Shown here one piece after another: positions 1 to 11,914 of a stretch of 64,000 bases of DNA (the stretch's first letter is position 1; the number at the start of each line of letters is the position of its first letter). A program made the translations under genes and the position numbers. Source of the DNA: Phormidesmis sp. (lineage in GTDB: Bacteria > Cyanobacteriota > Cyanobacteriia > Leptolyngbyales > Leptolyngbyaceae); the NCBI GenBank assembly GCA_965248535.1, contig CBDFJR010000002.1, positions 1,856,001-1,920,000 on the forward strand, written 5' to 3'. A model generated the notes under the pieces. The model was not told where the DNA came from. It saw only the letters and a list, made by a program, of their open reading frames with translations, and searched no databases.

Positions 1-2836
1 CAGCCGTTAGATCAGCCGCCGTGTGAGGCGCATTTTTGAGCAGATTATTATGGCGATCGACTCCCCCCGTTTCAATTTCGCGAATCTCTTCGCGAATGGC
101 AATCATGGCATCACAAAAGCGATCGAGTTCTGCTTTTGATTCGCTCTCGGTCGGCTCAACCATTACCGTACCCGCCACGGGCCAAGACACCGTAGGCGGA
201 TGAAACCCATAGTCAATCAACCGCTTGGCGATGTCATCAACTTCGACTTCAGCAGATTTTTTAAACTGGCGCAAATCGAGAATGCACTCGTGAGCCACCC
301 AGCCATTTTTGCCCTTATAAAGCACGGGATAGTGATTTTCTAGCCGTTTGGCAATGTAGTTAGCATTCAGAATCGCTACCTCAGTGGCTTTGGTTAAGCC
401 CGTTCCGCCCATGAGCGCGATATACATCCACGAGATCGGCAAAATGCTAGAACTGCCCCAGGGAGCCGCCGACACCGCCCCGATCGAGCTTGAAGTTTGC
501 GCGTTAAGGTGAACCACCGAGTGACCCGGCAAGAACGGCACCAGATGGGCAGAGACTCCGATCGGGCCCATCCCCGGCCCGCCGCCCCCGTGGGGAATGC
601 AGAAAGTTTTGTGCAGATTTAAATGACAGACATCAGCCCCAAAATCACCGGGACGACAGAGACCAACCTGAGCGTTGAGGTTTGCCCCATCTAAATAGAC
701 TTGCCCGCCGTGATCATGCACGATCGTGCAGATCTCTCGAATGCCTGCTTCAAAAACGCCGTGAGTTGATGGATAAGTCACCATCAGCGCCGCTAAATGG
801 CTCTGATGTTTTTCGGCTTTTGACTGCAAATCAGCGAGGTCAATATTGCCGTCAGTGTCACAGGCGACGGGCACGACCTGCATCCCTGCCATGACTGCGC
901 TAGCCGGATTGGTGCCGTGGGCAGACTGAGGAATCAAACAGAGATTGCGATGCCCTTCTCCGCGCTGTTGGTGATAGCGCTGGATAACCAGCAGCCCGGT
1001 ATATTCGCCCTGAGAGCCTGCGTTGGGCTGCAACGAGATGCCCGCAAATCCGGTGATTTCTGCTAGCCAATCTTCTAGCTGTTGAAACAGAATTTGATAG
1101 CCCTGAGTTTGTTCAATCGGCGCAAAGGGGTGAATCTGCCCAAACTCAGCCCACGTCACAGGCAGCATTTCAGCGGTGCCGTTCAGCTTCATGGTGCATG
1201 AACCCAGGGGAATCATCGCAGTGGTCAACGACAAATCTTTAGACTGGAGCCGATACATATATCGCAACAGGTCTGTCTCGGAGTGGTAGCGATCGAAGAC
1301 TGGGTGAGTCAAATAATCCGTGGTGCGGGTCAGTCCAGCGGGAAAGTCCCGCGAGGCAGGATGCAGCGATGCTAACAAAGTGGACTGACCAGAGAAAACT
1401 TCCAGCAGATCCCGGAGGTCAGATTTAGATGTAGTTTCGTCGATCGCTACCCCGATCGTGCCCTCTCCAATTTTGCGGAGGTTGATGCGATGGGCGATCG
1501 CCCGGTTTAAAATCTCAGCTTGACGATCGCCCACTTCCACCCGCAGCGTGTCAAAAAATGGCTCTGATCCCAGGGAATAGCCGAGGTTTTGCAATCCATT
1601 CGCCAGAGTTGCCGCGATCGTGTGAATGCGATCGGCGATCTGCTTTAGCCCTTGAGCACCGTGGTAAACCGCATACATTCCAGCAATCACGGCTAATAAA
1701 ACTTGAGCCGTGCAGATATTGCTCGTGGCTTTGTCGCGCCGAATGTGCTGTTCACGAGTTTGCAGCGCTAGCCGCAGGGCAGGCTGACCGTTGACATCTT
1801 TTGAGACTCCCACCAAGCGACCGGGAATCTGACGCTTGTAGGCTTCCTTCGTCGCAAAGTAAGCCGCGTGAGGCCCGCCATAGCCGAGGGGAACGCCAAA
1901 TCGCTGAGTGTTGCCGATCGCGATGTCTGCGCCAAATTCGCCGGGGGGTTTTAACAGCGTGAGACTGAGCAAATCGGCAGCAACGGTGACGATCGCCCCC
2001 GCAGCATGAGCACGATCGATAAATTCTCGATAGTCATAAATTGCGCCATCGCTGGCAGGATATTGCAGCAGCGCCCCAAACACGGGCGTTGCAAACTCAA
2101 AGGTGCGGTGATCTCCGACGATGACTTCAATGCCTAAAGGTAGCGATCGGGTGCGAATCACGTCGATCGTTTGGGGATGACACGCCTCTGACACCCAAAA
2201 AGCTTTGGCCCCGGTTTTAGACAATCCATAACTCATCGACATGGCTTCAGCCGCCGCCGTTCCTTCGTCTAGCAGCGACGCATTGGCGATTTCTAGCCCC
2301 GTTAGGTCAATCACCATCGTCTGAAAGTTGAGCAGCGCTTCTAGGCGACCCTGGGCAATTTCGGGCTGATAGGGCGTGTATTGGGTATACCATCCGGGAT
2401 TTTCGAGAATATTGCGCTGAATCACGGGGGGCGTAATGCAGTTGTGATAACCCATGCCGATAAAGGAGCGCCAGATTTGATTCTTTTGGGCGATCGCTTT
2501 TAGGTCTGCCAGCAACTCATATTCACTGCGGCCATCTCTCAACTGCAACGGACGCTGAATCCGAATGTCGGCCGGAACTGCTTGGTCAATCAACGCGCTC
2601 AAAGAGTCTAGTCTCAACGATTTCAGCATTTGCTGAATGTCGCGATCGCTGGGCCCAATATGGCGATCAACAAAGCGATCGGGGTGAGCAAATTCGTCAG
2701 CTTGATCAGCGATCTGGGTCGAACCGTTGCGATCCGAACCGAATTCATAGAGTGAATCGATCTCGGCTGGGCTGGTCTCGCGATCGTCGTCCCTCAGTTC
2801 AGCCGTCGATTGCGCTTGAGTAATAGGCTCTGACAT
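1..2836 (-). CDS. gcvP: Glycine dehydrogenase (decarboxylating), glycine cleavage P protein; 3' end runs off the window
   Basis: Manual minus-strand translation: [56 protein letters not shown] at 2836 is in frame with the window edge. Absent from the ORF track because there is no stop inside the window. Confidence 0.95.
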   Translation of the reverse strand, partial: MSEPITQAQSTAELRDDDRETSPAEIDSLYEFGSDRNGSTQIADQADEFAHPDRFVDRHIGPSDRDIQQMLKSLRLDSLSALIDQAVPADIRIQRPLQLRDGRSEYELLADLKAIAQKNQIWRSFIGMGYHNCITPPVIQRNILENPGWYTQYTPYQPEIAQGRLEALLNFQTMVIDLTGLEIANASLLDEGTAAAEAMSMSYGLSKTGAKAFWVSEACHPQTIDVIRTRSLPLGIEVIVGDHRTFEFATPVFGALLQYPASDGAIYDYREFIDRAHAAGAIVTVAADLLSLTLLKPPGEFGADIAIGNTQRFGVPLGYGGPHAAYFATKEAYKRQIPGRLVGVSKDVNGQPALRLALQTREQHIRRDKATSNICTAQVLLAVIAGMYAVYHGAQGLKQIADRIHTIAATLANGLQNLGYSLGSEPFFDTLRVEVGDRQAEILNRAIAHRINLRKIGEGTIGVAIDETTSKSDLRDLLEVFSGQSTLLASLHPASRDFPAGLTRTTDYLTHPVFDRYHSETDLLRYMYRLQSKDLSLTTAMIPLGSCTMKLNGTAEMLPVTWAEFGQIHPFAPIEQTQGYQILFQQLEDWLAEITGFAGISLQPNAGSQGEYTGLLVIQRYHQQRGEGHRNLCLIPQSAHGTNPASAVMAGMQVVPVACDTDGNIDLADLQSKAEKHQSHLAALMVTYPSTHGVFEAGIREICTIVHDHGGQVYLDGANLNAQVGLCRPGDFGADVCHLNLHKTFCIPHGGGGPGMGPIGVSAHLVPFLPGHSVVHLNAQTSSSIGAVSAAPWGSSSILPISWMYIALMGGTGLTKATEVAILNANYIAKRLENHYPVLYKGKNGWVAHECILDLRQFKKSAEVEVDDIAKRLIDYGFHPPTVSWPVAGTVMVEPTESESKAELDRFCDAMIAIREEIREIETGGVDRHNNLLKNAPHTAADLTA

Positions 2837-2944
2837 AAGAAAGTTTAAGGTTGGATTATGAGAGTAAGCTACTTGTAAATATTCTGCAACAATTAGCCCG
2901 ATCTCGGCCCGCTTCCCCCTAAAGGAACGATGCAGCATAGCCCC

Positions 2945-2969
2945 GTACGGGCATGGCATTGCCGTGCCC
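2945..2969. repeat. REP-like palindrome GTAC-GGGCATGGC-att-GCCGTGCCC
   Basis: 9-bp stem with one G-T pair; same core as the repeats at 23205-23358. Confidence 0.7.
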
Positions 2970-3007
2970 CAGGCCTCTACGAACCATCGACAGAATTTAA
3001 ATCACGC

Positions 3008-4958
3008 TCATGATTCTTCCCCACCTTCATCGCTCCCAGAATGACTGGGATGGAAGTAGTCATAAATCTGCTGCGCCAACCGCGGCCCCACACCCGGAAC
3101 CGTCGTCAACTGCGCCGGAGACGCTTCCCGAATGTAGTCGATCGAGCGAAACGTCGCCAAAAGCTGTTTTTGTTTGTGATGCCCCAAGCCCGGAATCTCA
3201 TCGAGGCTCGATCGCCGCATCCGATCGCTGCGCTGCTGCCGATGAAAACTCACCGCAAATCGGTGCGCCTCGTCTCGCAATCGCCGCAAAAGCTGCACCC
3301 CCGGCTGGTCTGCCTCCGTCGTCAGCGGCAGCGATTCCCCCGGCAAAAAAATTTCTTCTCGCTGCTTGGCTAAACTCACCACTTTCACATCTTCGAGCAA
3401 GTTCATATCTCGCAGCACCTTCACCACCGCCGAAAGCTGCCCTTTGCCACCATCAATCATGATCAAATCAGGAAAATCAGCATAGGCAGACGTGTGAGCC
3501 TTCAGCACCGAAGACTCGCTGCTGATCTGCTCCCCTCTGGCTTTGGCCGCCGCATATTTGCGAAAACGCCGACCGATCACCTCCGCCATGCTTGCAAAGT
3601 CATCTGAGTGACCCGACATCACTTTGGGATTTTTGATTTTATAGTGGCGATAGTGCTGTTTGGCAGGCAACCCATCGACAAACACCACCTGAGAAGCCAC
3701 GGCATCCGACCCCTGAATATGAGAGATGTCATAGCCCTCAATGCGGCGCGGCAACTCTGGCAGGTCTAAAATCTCCGCTAAGTCGAGAGTGGCTTGGGCA
3801 TTGCGATCGGCAAATCGCTGCGTTCTCGCCAATTCATATTCGGCGTTGCGCTCTACCATTTCCAGCAGTTCTGCTTTCATCTGGCGTTGCGGGGCCACGA
3901 TCGTCACTTTGCGACCCTTTGCCTGGGTGAGAAATTCTGCCAGCATCTCGGTTTCGGGCAACTCGTGCTGCACCAAAACCTCAGCCGGGATCTCAACCGG
4001 ATCGACACTCTGATAGTGTTCTTCTAACACGCGCTGCAAAATCGCCCCCGGCTCACCTGACTGAGAATCGGCCACAAAGCCCAGTCGCCCCACTAAGCGA
4101 CCCGCCCGAATCTGAAAAAGCTGCACACACGAATGAGTCTCGTCGGCGGCAAGAGCGATCGCGTCTCGCGAAATCGTGTCATCCGGCAGGGCAACTTTTT
4201 GCTCGGCACCGAGAGATTTTAGCCCGATAATCTGGTCGCGCAGGCGGGCCGCGTGCTCAAAGTTAAGCGCTTCAGAGGCTTGCTCCATTTGAGCAGCCAG
4301 GGTTTCTTCAAGCTCACTCGTGCGCCCCTGAAAGATCATCGCTACCTTCTGCACGGTTTTGCGATACTCCTCAGACGTGATCATCGCCTGACACACCCCC
4401 GGACAACGGCCAATATCATAATTGAGACAGGGACGGTCTTTAAACAGAGGCTGAGGACGTTGACGGAGGGGAAAAATCCGCTTGACCAGATGCAGCGTTG
4501 TTCTCAAGCGTGCGAGAGTCTACATAAGGGCCATAGTAGCGATCGCGCTCTTTGCCCATCCGTCTTTTGCGGGTGATGAAAATACGCGGATATTCCTCTG
4601 ACCAAGTGATGCACAGATAGGGATATTTCTTATCGTCTTTCAGCAGCACATTGAAGTGAGGCTGATGCTGCCGAATCAAGTTTGCCTCTAGGGCCAGCGC
4701 TTCAGCTTCGGTGTCGGTGACGATAAACTCAACTTCAACCACCTGACGCAGCATTAAGGCGATTCGAGGTCGGGTGTCGTGCCCATTGAAATAAGAGCGA
4801 ATGCGCGATCGTAGCCGCTTCGATTTGCCGATATAGAGAATTTGATCGCTGCTATCACGCATATAGTAGACCCCCGGTTCTTGAGGAATCTCTTTAATGC
4901 GCCCTTCGAGGCGATCGGGGTCTTGAATTAAAGGAACTGTTTTATTCGTTAGAGTCAC
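3008..4958 (-). pseudogene. uvrC: Excinuclease ABC subunit C with a +1 frameshift at ~4506 (possibly a sequencing error)
   Basis: GIY-YIG N-terminus (PGVYYM..LYIGKSK..YYGPY) in ORF 4440-5003; UVR, RNase H-like and HhH parts in ORF 3008-4507. Removing one base joins them as [16 protein letters not shown]. Confidence 0.9.
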
Positions 4959-5186
4959 AATAATTTGACGAGGTGGTAACCGTTGCAAGGCCAGATTTTG
5001 CAATCAAGCCGTTGGTCTGTTCCAGGGAGTTGAGTAGGCGGAAAACTGCTCTAGGTTTAGAGGCTCATCTTCATATTCACACCTTCATCTTAAATTTTAA
5101 ACTAGTAATCTCCGTCACCTATTCTCGCCTTCTGCTGTGATAGCTATCTTGTGAGTATCCATCTATACTCGACATACGCACTTTAT

Positions 5187-5387
5187 ATGAACATAAATGA
5201 GTTTGAAGCGCAAACTCGCGATCGTTTAGAGAGAGCACTCAATCAGCTACAAACTGCGACGCTGCTGATTGCCACTCTAGAACTGCAAGTTTCAGAATCA
5301 GGAAACACCATCAAAGATCTCAGTAGAGTAATTGAAACTTTTATTACTCAACAGAAAGGTAGTACTGAGATTTCTGACCCCCAATAA
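5187..5387 (+). CDS. Small hypothetical coiled-coil protein
   Basis: ORF MNINEFEAQTRDRLERALNQLQ... fills the gap between flanking genes; heptad-like pattern. Confidence 0.6.
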   Translation: MNINEFEAQTRDRLERALNQLQTATLLIATLELQVSESGNTIKDLSRVIETFITQQKGSTEISDPQ

Positions 5388-5494
5388 ACCCCAACACTCC
5401 TCACAGAATATGTAAGCCCAGGGAGCCTAAAAATAGCGGAACCTTGGAAAGACCCGTAAACTTTGGCTCCCCTTCAACCCTAGCTTGTCTAATC

Positions 5495-5902
5495 TCAATC
5501 AGGTGCAGCGCCAAGCTCTTCGCGGATCACATCCGTTAGCTGCGACAGTCGAATCGGCTTGACCAAATAGCGACGGGCACCGAGACTCAGGGCCCGCTCT
5601 TGGTCTCGCTGAAAGGCGTAGGCTGAGACCACGATCGTGGGAATTTTTTTCCAATCATCTTGCTGCTGCAACTGCTCTAGCAGCATATAGCCATCAATCA
5701 CAGGCAGCTTTAAGTCTAACAAAATTATTTGAGGGCAAAACTCTTCTAGGGTCACGGCCAGTTGAGTGCCGTCTGCCAGAGCAAACACTTCATAGCCGCA
5801 GTAGCTAAGATAGTCACTCATTAAACGACGATTGGCTTCATTATCTTCAACGAGAAGAATTCGTATCGCAGAATCTGACCCAGAATCTTCAATGATTGTC
5901 AT
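5495..5902 (-). CDS. Single-domain response regulator (CheY/DivK-like)
   Basis: ILLVEDN, LLDLKLP, VVSAYA, YLVKP receiver motifs; start codon uncertain. Confidence 0.9.
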   Translation of the reverse strand: MTIIEDSGSDSAIRILLVEDNEANRRLMSDYLSYCGYEVFALADGTQLAVTLEEFCPQIILLDLKLPVIDGYMLLEQLQQQDDWKKIPTIVVSAYAFQRDQERALSLGARRYLVKPIRLSQLTDVIREELGAAPD

Positions 5903-6403
5903 CGCATATGCGCCCTTGTTGACGATGTTCCCGGTCAACTGCACTCTCGGTCAACTGTGAGAATTGGGAGCGAACGCGGCAGAGTTAAGTCATTCCTCTA
6001 GGTCTATAGATTCTCACACTGTTAGCCGCTCAAAATCAAGCAAGTCTGGTTAGATTTGCTACAGCTTCACTCCAAAGACAGACCTCTCAGTCAGACGGCT
6101 CGCCGTGACAATGACTCAACCGCTACCCGGCAGGAAGGATTCCTATCGGTAGCGCTTGCTTTTTTGGGTGACTAGACAAGCGATGGGCGCTGCGGTTCTC
6201 TCGGCATGACCACAGGATCGGTCATCTGTTTTGTGGCGTGGGCGGTGATGGGATCACGGCCAGACCTCCTTCACGCGTGTGACGGCAAGAGAAGCGTGAA
6301 ATCACTAAGTCGTGAAACTTAGGCGCGAGAACGATCGCTCGAATCACATCATCATGGGGAATGTTTTGAACGATGAGAACACTCGTTAGGGTGATTTTGT
6401 CTA

Positions 6404-7060
6404 CTAAATGTGAATCTGACTCAAAATGACGCGCAGACGATCGTAGTCATCTTTGAGCAACAGGCTCAGAGTTCGTCCGGCTTGCACGAGCCAAGAGCGA
6501 TCGGCTTTTCGCAGTTGATAGACTTCTCGAATCGTCGCGGCGGTCAATGCATCAACGGGTGCGCCAGTGACATCCAGCAGCGTTCTTAAAAAATCTAGCT
6601 GTTCACTAAAGGCAATCACTTCGTCGGGATCACAGCCATAGACAGCTTGGTGAATTTGGGGCGGACGGGGCGGCAGATGCTGATAGAAGGCGGCTGACCC
6701 GTTGCGCTTGTCAGGGTTGGGGCGATAGCCGACGATCGCCGCTCTAAACTCAGTTTTGAGCATGGCAAAAATCTGGGGCTGCTGCTCTCGCAAATCGTCT
6801 AGCGATAGCCCTAACGCTCTAGCGCGGTGAACGGAGTCGATCGGGCTAGTGGTGGCGTGATAGACCACCGCATAGATCAGGTTTTTTGACTCGTCATCCA
6901 CAGCCTTCACCCAACTGCCAAACGGGGGCATCACCGGAAAGCTCAAGTTTTCTGGCTCTAGGCACTGGGCTAAAAACTCAGTGGTTGAAGTCTCAATGAC
7001 TTCGGCGATGTAGTTAGCCGGACGGTTTTGAGCGGCAAACTGAGGCAGCGGAAGGCGCAT
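6404..7060 (-). CDS. HAS-barrel domain protein
   Basis: IAEVIETSTTEFLAQC..PPFGSWV..LPPRPPQIHQAV; conserved cyanobacterial family next to ndhS. Confidence 0.75.
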   Translation of the reverse strand: MRLPLPQFAAQNRPANYIAEVIETSTTEFLAQCLEPENLSFPVMPPFGSWVKAVDDESKNLIYAVVYHATTSPIDSVHRARALGLSLDDLREQQPQIFAMLKTEFRAAIVGYRPNPDKRNGSAAFYQHLPPRPPQIHQAVYGCDPDEVIAFSEQLDFLRTLLDVTGAPVDALTAATIREVYQLRKADRSWLVQAGRTLSLLLKDDYDRLRVILSQIHI

Positions 7061-7072
7061 AGGCGAGAGGAG

Positions 7073-7270
7073 TTATTTGGCTTTTTTCTTGCTTGCGGTT
7101 GGCTCAAGCACCGCGATTTCAGACATCCGAAAGGTGACGAGCTTATCCCAGTTGCCCCCTTCAAACAAAACGGCAACTTTGCCATCACTAATGCGCTGAA
7201 CTAAGCCCTGAAACCCGTAGTAGGTATCGTTGATGTTGGTGACTCGAACGGCTGAACCTGGCAAAATCAT
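7073..7270 (-). CDS. ndhS: NAD(P)H dehydrogenase subunit NdhS
   Basis: [41 protein letters not shown]. Confidence 0.95.
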   Translation of the reverse strand: MILPGSAVRVTNINDTYYGFQGLVQRISDGKVAVLFEGGNWDKLVTFRMSEIAVLEPTASKKKAK

Positions 7271-7371
7271 AATGATTACTTAGATGATCGCTACTTGTAG
7301 TTTAAGGGGAGTTGTGGAAATTCGGTCATGGGTTCTTGCGAACGATCGCCGCGAAACTCTTCTATCCTGAA

Positions 7372-8650
7372 TCAAAACTTTAATCGCTGGCGGAAATTAG
7401 CCACTGACTCAACTAGCCCGATCGCCAAAAAATTCATCAACAGTGCGGCGTTGCCAAAACTCAGCCAAGGGTAGCGGAATTCCCGTTACGGGAGACAAAT
7501 TAATCGTCATCCCCACGTTAATCACGACTTGAAAGACGATCATCGAGAAAACCCCGATCGCCAGCAGTGATCCAAAGTCATCTTTGGCGTTTTGAGCAAT
7601 AATCAGCAGCCGAAAGCAAATCAGCAAAAAGGTCAACAAGACAGCAGCCGACCCGATGAAGCCGAGTTCTTCGCCGATCGCCGTAAAAATGAAATCTGTG
7701 TGCTGCTCAGGAATGAAGTTGAGTTGAGTCTGCGTCCCTTTATAGAGGCCGCGTCCCCACAGTTCGCCGGCCCCGATCGCAATGCGCGACTGAATCAAGT
7801 GATAGCCTCCGCCCAGAGGATCTTGATCAGGATTCATAAACATCGTGATGCGCTGTTTTTGGTAGGGCTTGAGCACATATTGCCAGAGCACTCGCCCTAA
7901 ACCGCCTGCGACCAGATTAATCACAACAGGCACCAACGTTCCATAGAGTCGCCAGGGCAGCGTTTTCCAGGCAGTCCAGCCGATGAAGCCGATCCACAGC
8001 GCGATGACCACGATGCCGATCCCCCAAATGGGCAGCAGCACGTTAAACAAAATTGCTGAGATCACCGGGGAAACCAGCAGCAGCAGCCATCCAGGGTTGG
8101 CGTTGCCCCAATAGAGCATCCCGACGGTGATAGAGCCAAAGACCAGCGCTGTGCCTAGGTTTGGCTCTAAAAACACCAGAATCCAGGGCACGGCGGCGAT
8201 CGCCAAAACTTTGACCATCATCGGAATGGTAGAAGCCGATCGCTGATGCAAAACGGCGGCGATCGTGATGATCATGCCCAATTTGGCAAATTCTGACGGC
8301 TGGACGTTAAAGCCAAAAATGCTGATCCAGCGTTGTGCCCCTAGCTCTTCTCGCCCGACAAACATCACCAGCAGCAGCGACGCATTGGTGACCCCATAAA
8401 TAATCCACTTCCACTGCAAGAGTTGGTCATAGCGCCAGCGAGCGATTAGCAAAGCCAAAACCAACCCAACGCTGCCTGTGATCCAGTGTCGCCACCAATC
8501 GGCCCAGCCTGCGTTTAGCTCGACGCTGCGAATCATTAAGCCGCCGAGAATAGTTAGCCCGATCGGGGCCGCAAATAGCCACCAGTCAACCCCCTGCCAA
8601 GGCTGCAACCAATGCTTAAAGCGGAAAGGCAAAGCGGATTTGCGGAACAT
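7372..8650 (-). CDS. rodA: Rod shape-determining protein RodA; +1 frameshift near the 3' end (~7468)
   Basis: SEDS motifs GAQRWI, QPSEFAK, FIPEQHTDFIF, TGIPLP. The conserved tail WLSFGN..GLVESVANFRQRLKF* lies in the shifted frame ending at 7372. Confidence 0.93.
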
Positions 8651-8710
8651 AAGCTCAGGATGAAATATCGGCGAAAGGGCGAGAGGTTTGACTCTGAACT
8701 CAAACTTTAG

Positions 8711-9781
8711 TTAAGTCAGTGCTGCAATTGACACTCTAGCAGCAATCTGCTGGGCGATCGCTCTCAGGGCTTTAGCCGAGGCACAATCTGGATTGCCAGC
8801 CACGATCGGCACCCCGCTGTCTCCTCCTTCGCGCAGGGGAATCTCTAAGGGCACACATCCCAAAAGCGGCACGTCTAACTCTTTGGCGGTTTTTTCTCCC
8901 CCCGCAGACCCAAAAATGTCGTAGTGACGATCGGGCATATCCGGCGGAATGAAATAACTCATGTTCTCAACAATGCCCAACACCGCAACGCCGAGTTGCT
9001 GAAACATCTTTAAACCTCGCCGAGAGTCCAGCAGCGCCACCGTTTGCGGAGTTGTGACAATCACCACGCCCGCCATCGGCACGGCTTGGGCCATCGTCAG
9101 TTGGGCATCGCCCGTTCCAGGGGGCATATCGACGATCAGATAATCCAAATCGCCCCACTCAACCTGATAGAGAAACTGACGAATCACGCCATTCAGCATC
9201 GGGCCGCGCCAGATCACGGGCTGATCTTTATCGATCAAAAAGCCCATCGAAACGAGTTTGACTCCGTGATTAAACGCAGGTTCAATAATGTCACCATTAG
9301 CCCCTTGACGCACTGTCACCCCTGCCCCTTCTAATCCCAGCATGGTCGGCGCATTGGGGCCATAAATATCGGCATCAATTAAGCCCACTTTTGCGCCCGC
9401 TTGAGCCAGAGCAACGGCAACATTGACCGCCACACTGCTTTTGCCCACGCCGCCTTTGCCGCTAGAGATGGCAATGATATTTTTAACCCCGGCAATGCCC
9501 GTGCGATCGGGCAACGATTTTTGCGACGGCGTTTCGGCAGTCACTTCGACATCAATTTTGTTGACTCCGGGCAGAGTTTTGATCGCCCGTTCGCAATCTT
9601 CGACGATGAACTGACGGAGCGGGCAGGCCGGAGTCGTCAGCACTAGCGTAAAACTAACAGTGCCGTCTTGAATTTTGACATTGCGAATCATGTTCAACTC
9701 CACCAGACTTTTGCGGAGTTCGGGGTCTTGAACGGGTTTAAGAACTTCTAAAACAGACTGGGCATTCAGCGTATCGAGCAT
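8711..9781 (-). CDS. mrp: Mrp/NBP35 (ApbC) Fe-S cluster carrier ATPase
   Basis: VQDPEL..LTTPACP N-domain; SGKGGVGKS, DADIYGP, WRGPM, DMPPGTGD. Confidence 0.93.
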   Translation of the reverse strand: MLDTLNAQSVLEVLKPVQDPELRKSLVELNMIRNVKIQDGTVSFTLVLTTPACPLRQFIVEDCERAIKTLPGVNKIDVEVTAETPSQKSLPDRTGIAGVKNIIAISSGKGGVGKSSVAVNVAVALAQAGAKVGLIDADIYGPNAPTMLGLEGAGVTVRQGANGDIIEPAFNHGVKLVSMGFLIDKDQPVIWRGPMLNGVIRQFLYQVEWGDLDYLIVDMPPGTGDAQLTMAQAVPMAGVVIVTTPQTVALLDSRRGLKMFQQLGVAVLGIVENMSYFIPPDMPDRHYDIFGSAGGEKTAKELDVPLLGCVPLEIPLREGGDSGVPIVAGNPDCASAKALRAIAQQIAARVSIAALT

Positions 9782-9874
9782 TGTGTTCTTCACCCCAACA
9801 GCGGCGATCGGACGTTAGCAACGATCTCGATCTTACCGCTAGGGTGGGTCGTCATCGTGGATCAGTGAAATTGC

Positions 9875-10420
9875 TTAGAAATCAAAACAGCGACGATCGG
9901 GCGATGAAGTCTCTACGATCGGGTGCTCAACAGCCTGGGCTAACTCAGACGCAACCCTAGCAGCATAAGGCTTTGTCAACGACCACACCAACGGCGACAG
10001 CCACCCTTGCAGCGTCACCGAATAGGAGACACAGGTTCCTAAAACAGACGACTTAATTTCATAGGTGACTCGTTCTTCGATCCCCGGCAGGGCCAAAATT
10101 CTGACGCTCAAAAGAGATTTATCGTCTACCCGCTCCACAAAAATCCGAATCGGAAGTGGCCCTAAGCGAGTCATCGCTTCATAGATCAGACCGGGTTTTG
10201 CCACCAAGCCGCGAGGGACATTCGTGCTCGACAAAATGGGATGCCAGGACACATCGGCTAGGTCAATAATTTTTTTCCACACGTCATCCACCGATGCGGT
10301 GCTGATCGTCTGATAAGTTCTCGCCAGCGTATATTGCAATCGTCGCCGCTTGCGATGAAGAAATTTAAATGGAAAGTTCGCCATGTTCGACAAATTCAAC
10401 CCCTTCAGCCTATTCAGCAT
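9875..10420 (-). CDS. SRPBCC family protein
   Basis: SASVDDVWKKIIDLADVSWHP pattern; start uncertain. Confidence 0.7.
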   Translation of the reverse strand: MLNRLKGLNLSNMANFPFKFLHRKRRRLQYTLARTYQTISTASVDDVWKKIIDLADVSWHPILSSTNVPRGLVAKPGLIYEAMTRLGPLPIRIFVERVDDKSLLSVRILALPGIEERVTYEIKSSVLGTCVSYSVTLQGWLSPLVWSLTKPYAARVASELAQAVEHPIVETSSPDRRCFDF

Positions 10421-10867
10421 CGCGATCGCGCTTCTGCAACTCAGCAGGGAATCCCTATCCTAGATGGACAGGCGATCAGGTTACCATCCTCCCCAAGATG
10501 GCTGTTTGCTTTCCCACTTTACGAAAAACCAGAGACTCAAACTGTATCGCGATCGGCTGAAATCTAGAGCTTAAAATCGGAAATCTTGCCCTTCGCTCAC
10601 GAACATTTCACATATTCACAGAAATTAACAGTCGCGCAAACTCGGTTTTATCTAGGAAAAGCCCGGTCTGACTGAGGTTGAGAGGGTTGGATGCGGGCGC
10701 AATTCGCGATAGTCTAAACAAATCTGCTGATTGGGGGAGCTACAGGGCTTCAGTGGCTGAGATCGACGAGACTAGAGCTTCGTCGCCATAGCCGTCTCAA
10801 TAAGCGGGAATAAGGTGCTCCACGTTGCCAACCTCTACTTGAGTTAACTTTCCAGGGATCGCAATTT

Positions 10868-11914
10868 ATGACAGCTTTTTTCACCTCTGAAGCCACCACC
10901 ACGCAGGCTTTTCCCCCCTCTGATTCTCGCGATCGCGTCAGCCAATGGTTCAAAACCCTCCAAGACAAGATCTGTCAGGGTCTAGAACAGGTCGATGGCG
11001 AAGGCACGTTTCAACAAGACAGTTGGGAGCGCGCAGAAGGGGGCGGTGGGCGATCGCGGGTCATGAAAGAAGGCAAAGTCTTTGAGCAAGGCGGAGTCAA
11101 TTTTTCTGAGGTGTGGGGCAAAGACCTGCCGCCCTCGATTCTCGTGCAGCGTCCCGAAGCGGCCGGCCACAGCTTTTATGCCACGGGCACCTCGATCGTG
11201 CTGCATCCCCGCAATCCTTTCGTGCCGACAGTGCACTTAAACTATCGCTATTTTGAGGCCGGCCCCGTTTGGTGGTTTGGCGGTGGCATCGACCTCACGC
11301 CCTACTATCCCTTTGCCGAAGATGCGGCTCACTTTCACAACACCCTCAAGCAAGCCTGCGACGCTCACCACCCAGAATATTACCCAGCGTTTAAGCTTTG
11401 GTGTGATGAATATTTCTATCTAAAACACCGCCAAGAAACTCGTGGCGTGGGCGGCATTTTCTTTGACTATCAGGACAATCAAGGCGTTCTCTATCCAATT
11501 TCTTATCCGGGTTCACAGATGGATACCAAAGCGGCCAACTACAGCAAAGCTGTGGGTGCCGTTAAAGGCCGCAACTGGGAAAACCTATTCTCGTTTGTGC
11601 AGGGCTGCGGCAATGCCTTTTTGCCTGCTTATGTGCCGATCGTTGAGCGCCGCAACGGTTTAGACTACACCGAGCACCAGCGCAACTTTCAACTCTATCG
11701 CCGCGGGCGCTATGTAGAATTTAATCTGGTCTACGATCGGGGCACCATTTTTGGTCTGCAAACCAACGGACGCACCGAATCGATCTTGATGTCTCTGCCG
11801 CCTCTAGTTCGCTGGGAATATGGCTTTCAGCCCCAACCCGGCAGCCCTGAAGCCGAGCTTTATGACACCTTCTTAAAGCCCCAAGACTGGGCAAACTGGT
11901 CAGCCAGCGCTTAA
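10868..11914 (+). CDS. hemF: Oxygen-dependent coproporphyrinogen III oxidase
   Basis: [52 protein letters not shown]. Confidence 0.97.
   Translation: MTAFFTSEATTTQAFPPSDSRDRVSQWFKTLQDKICQGLEQVDGEGTFQQDSWERAEGGGGRSRVMKEGKVFEQGGVNFSEVWGKDLPPSILVQRPEAAGHSFYATGTSIVLHPRNPFVPTVHLNYRYFEAGPVWWFGGGIDLTPYYPFAEDAAHFHNTLKQACDAHHPEYYPAFKLWCDEYFYLKHRQETRGVGGIFFDYQDNQGVLYPISYPGSQMDTKAANYSKAVGAVKGRNWENLFSFVQGCGNAFLPAYVPIVERRNGLDYTEHQRNFQLYRRGRYVEFNLVYDRGTIFGLQTNGRTESILMSLPPLVRWEYGFQPQPGSPEAELYDTFLKPQDWANWSASA

Noticed and set aside
682..1794. Plus-strand ORFs over gcvP, and similar shadow ORFs elsewhere such as 27697-28320 and 29198-29758
   Set aside because: They are antisense to well-supported genes and have no motifs.
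5421..5471. GGGAGCC..GGCTCCC hairpin as a riboswitch
   Set aside because: It lies between two convergent 3' ends, so a terminator is the simpler explanation; no aptamer consensus was recognised.
6404..7060. HAS-barrel gene as part of a HerA/NurA or defence system
   Set aside because: No ATPase or nuclease partner is nearby; it sits in the ordinary mrp-rodA-ndhS cluster.
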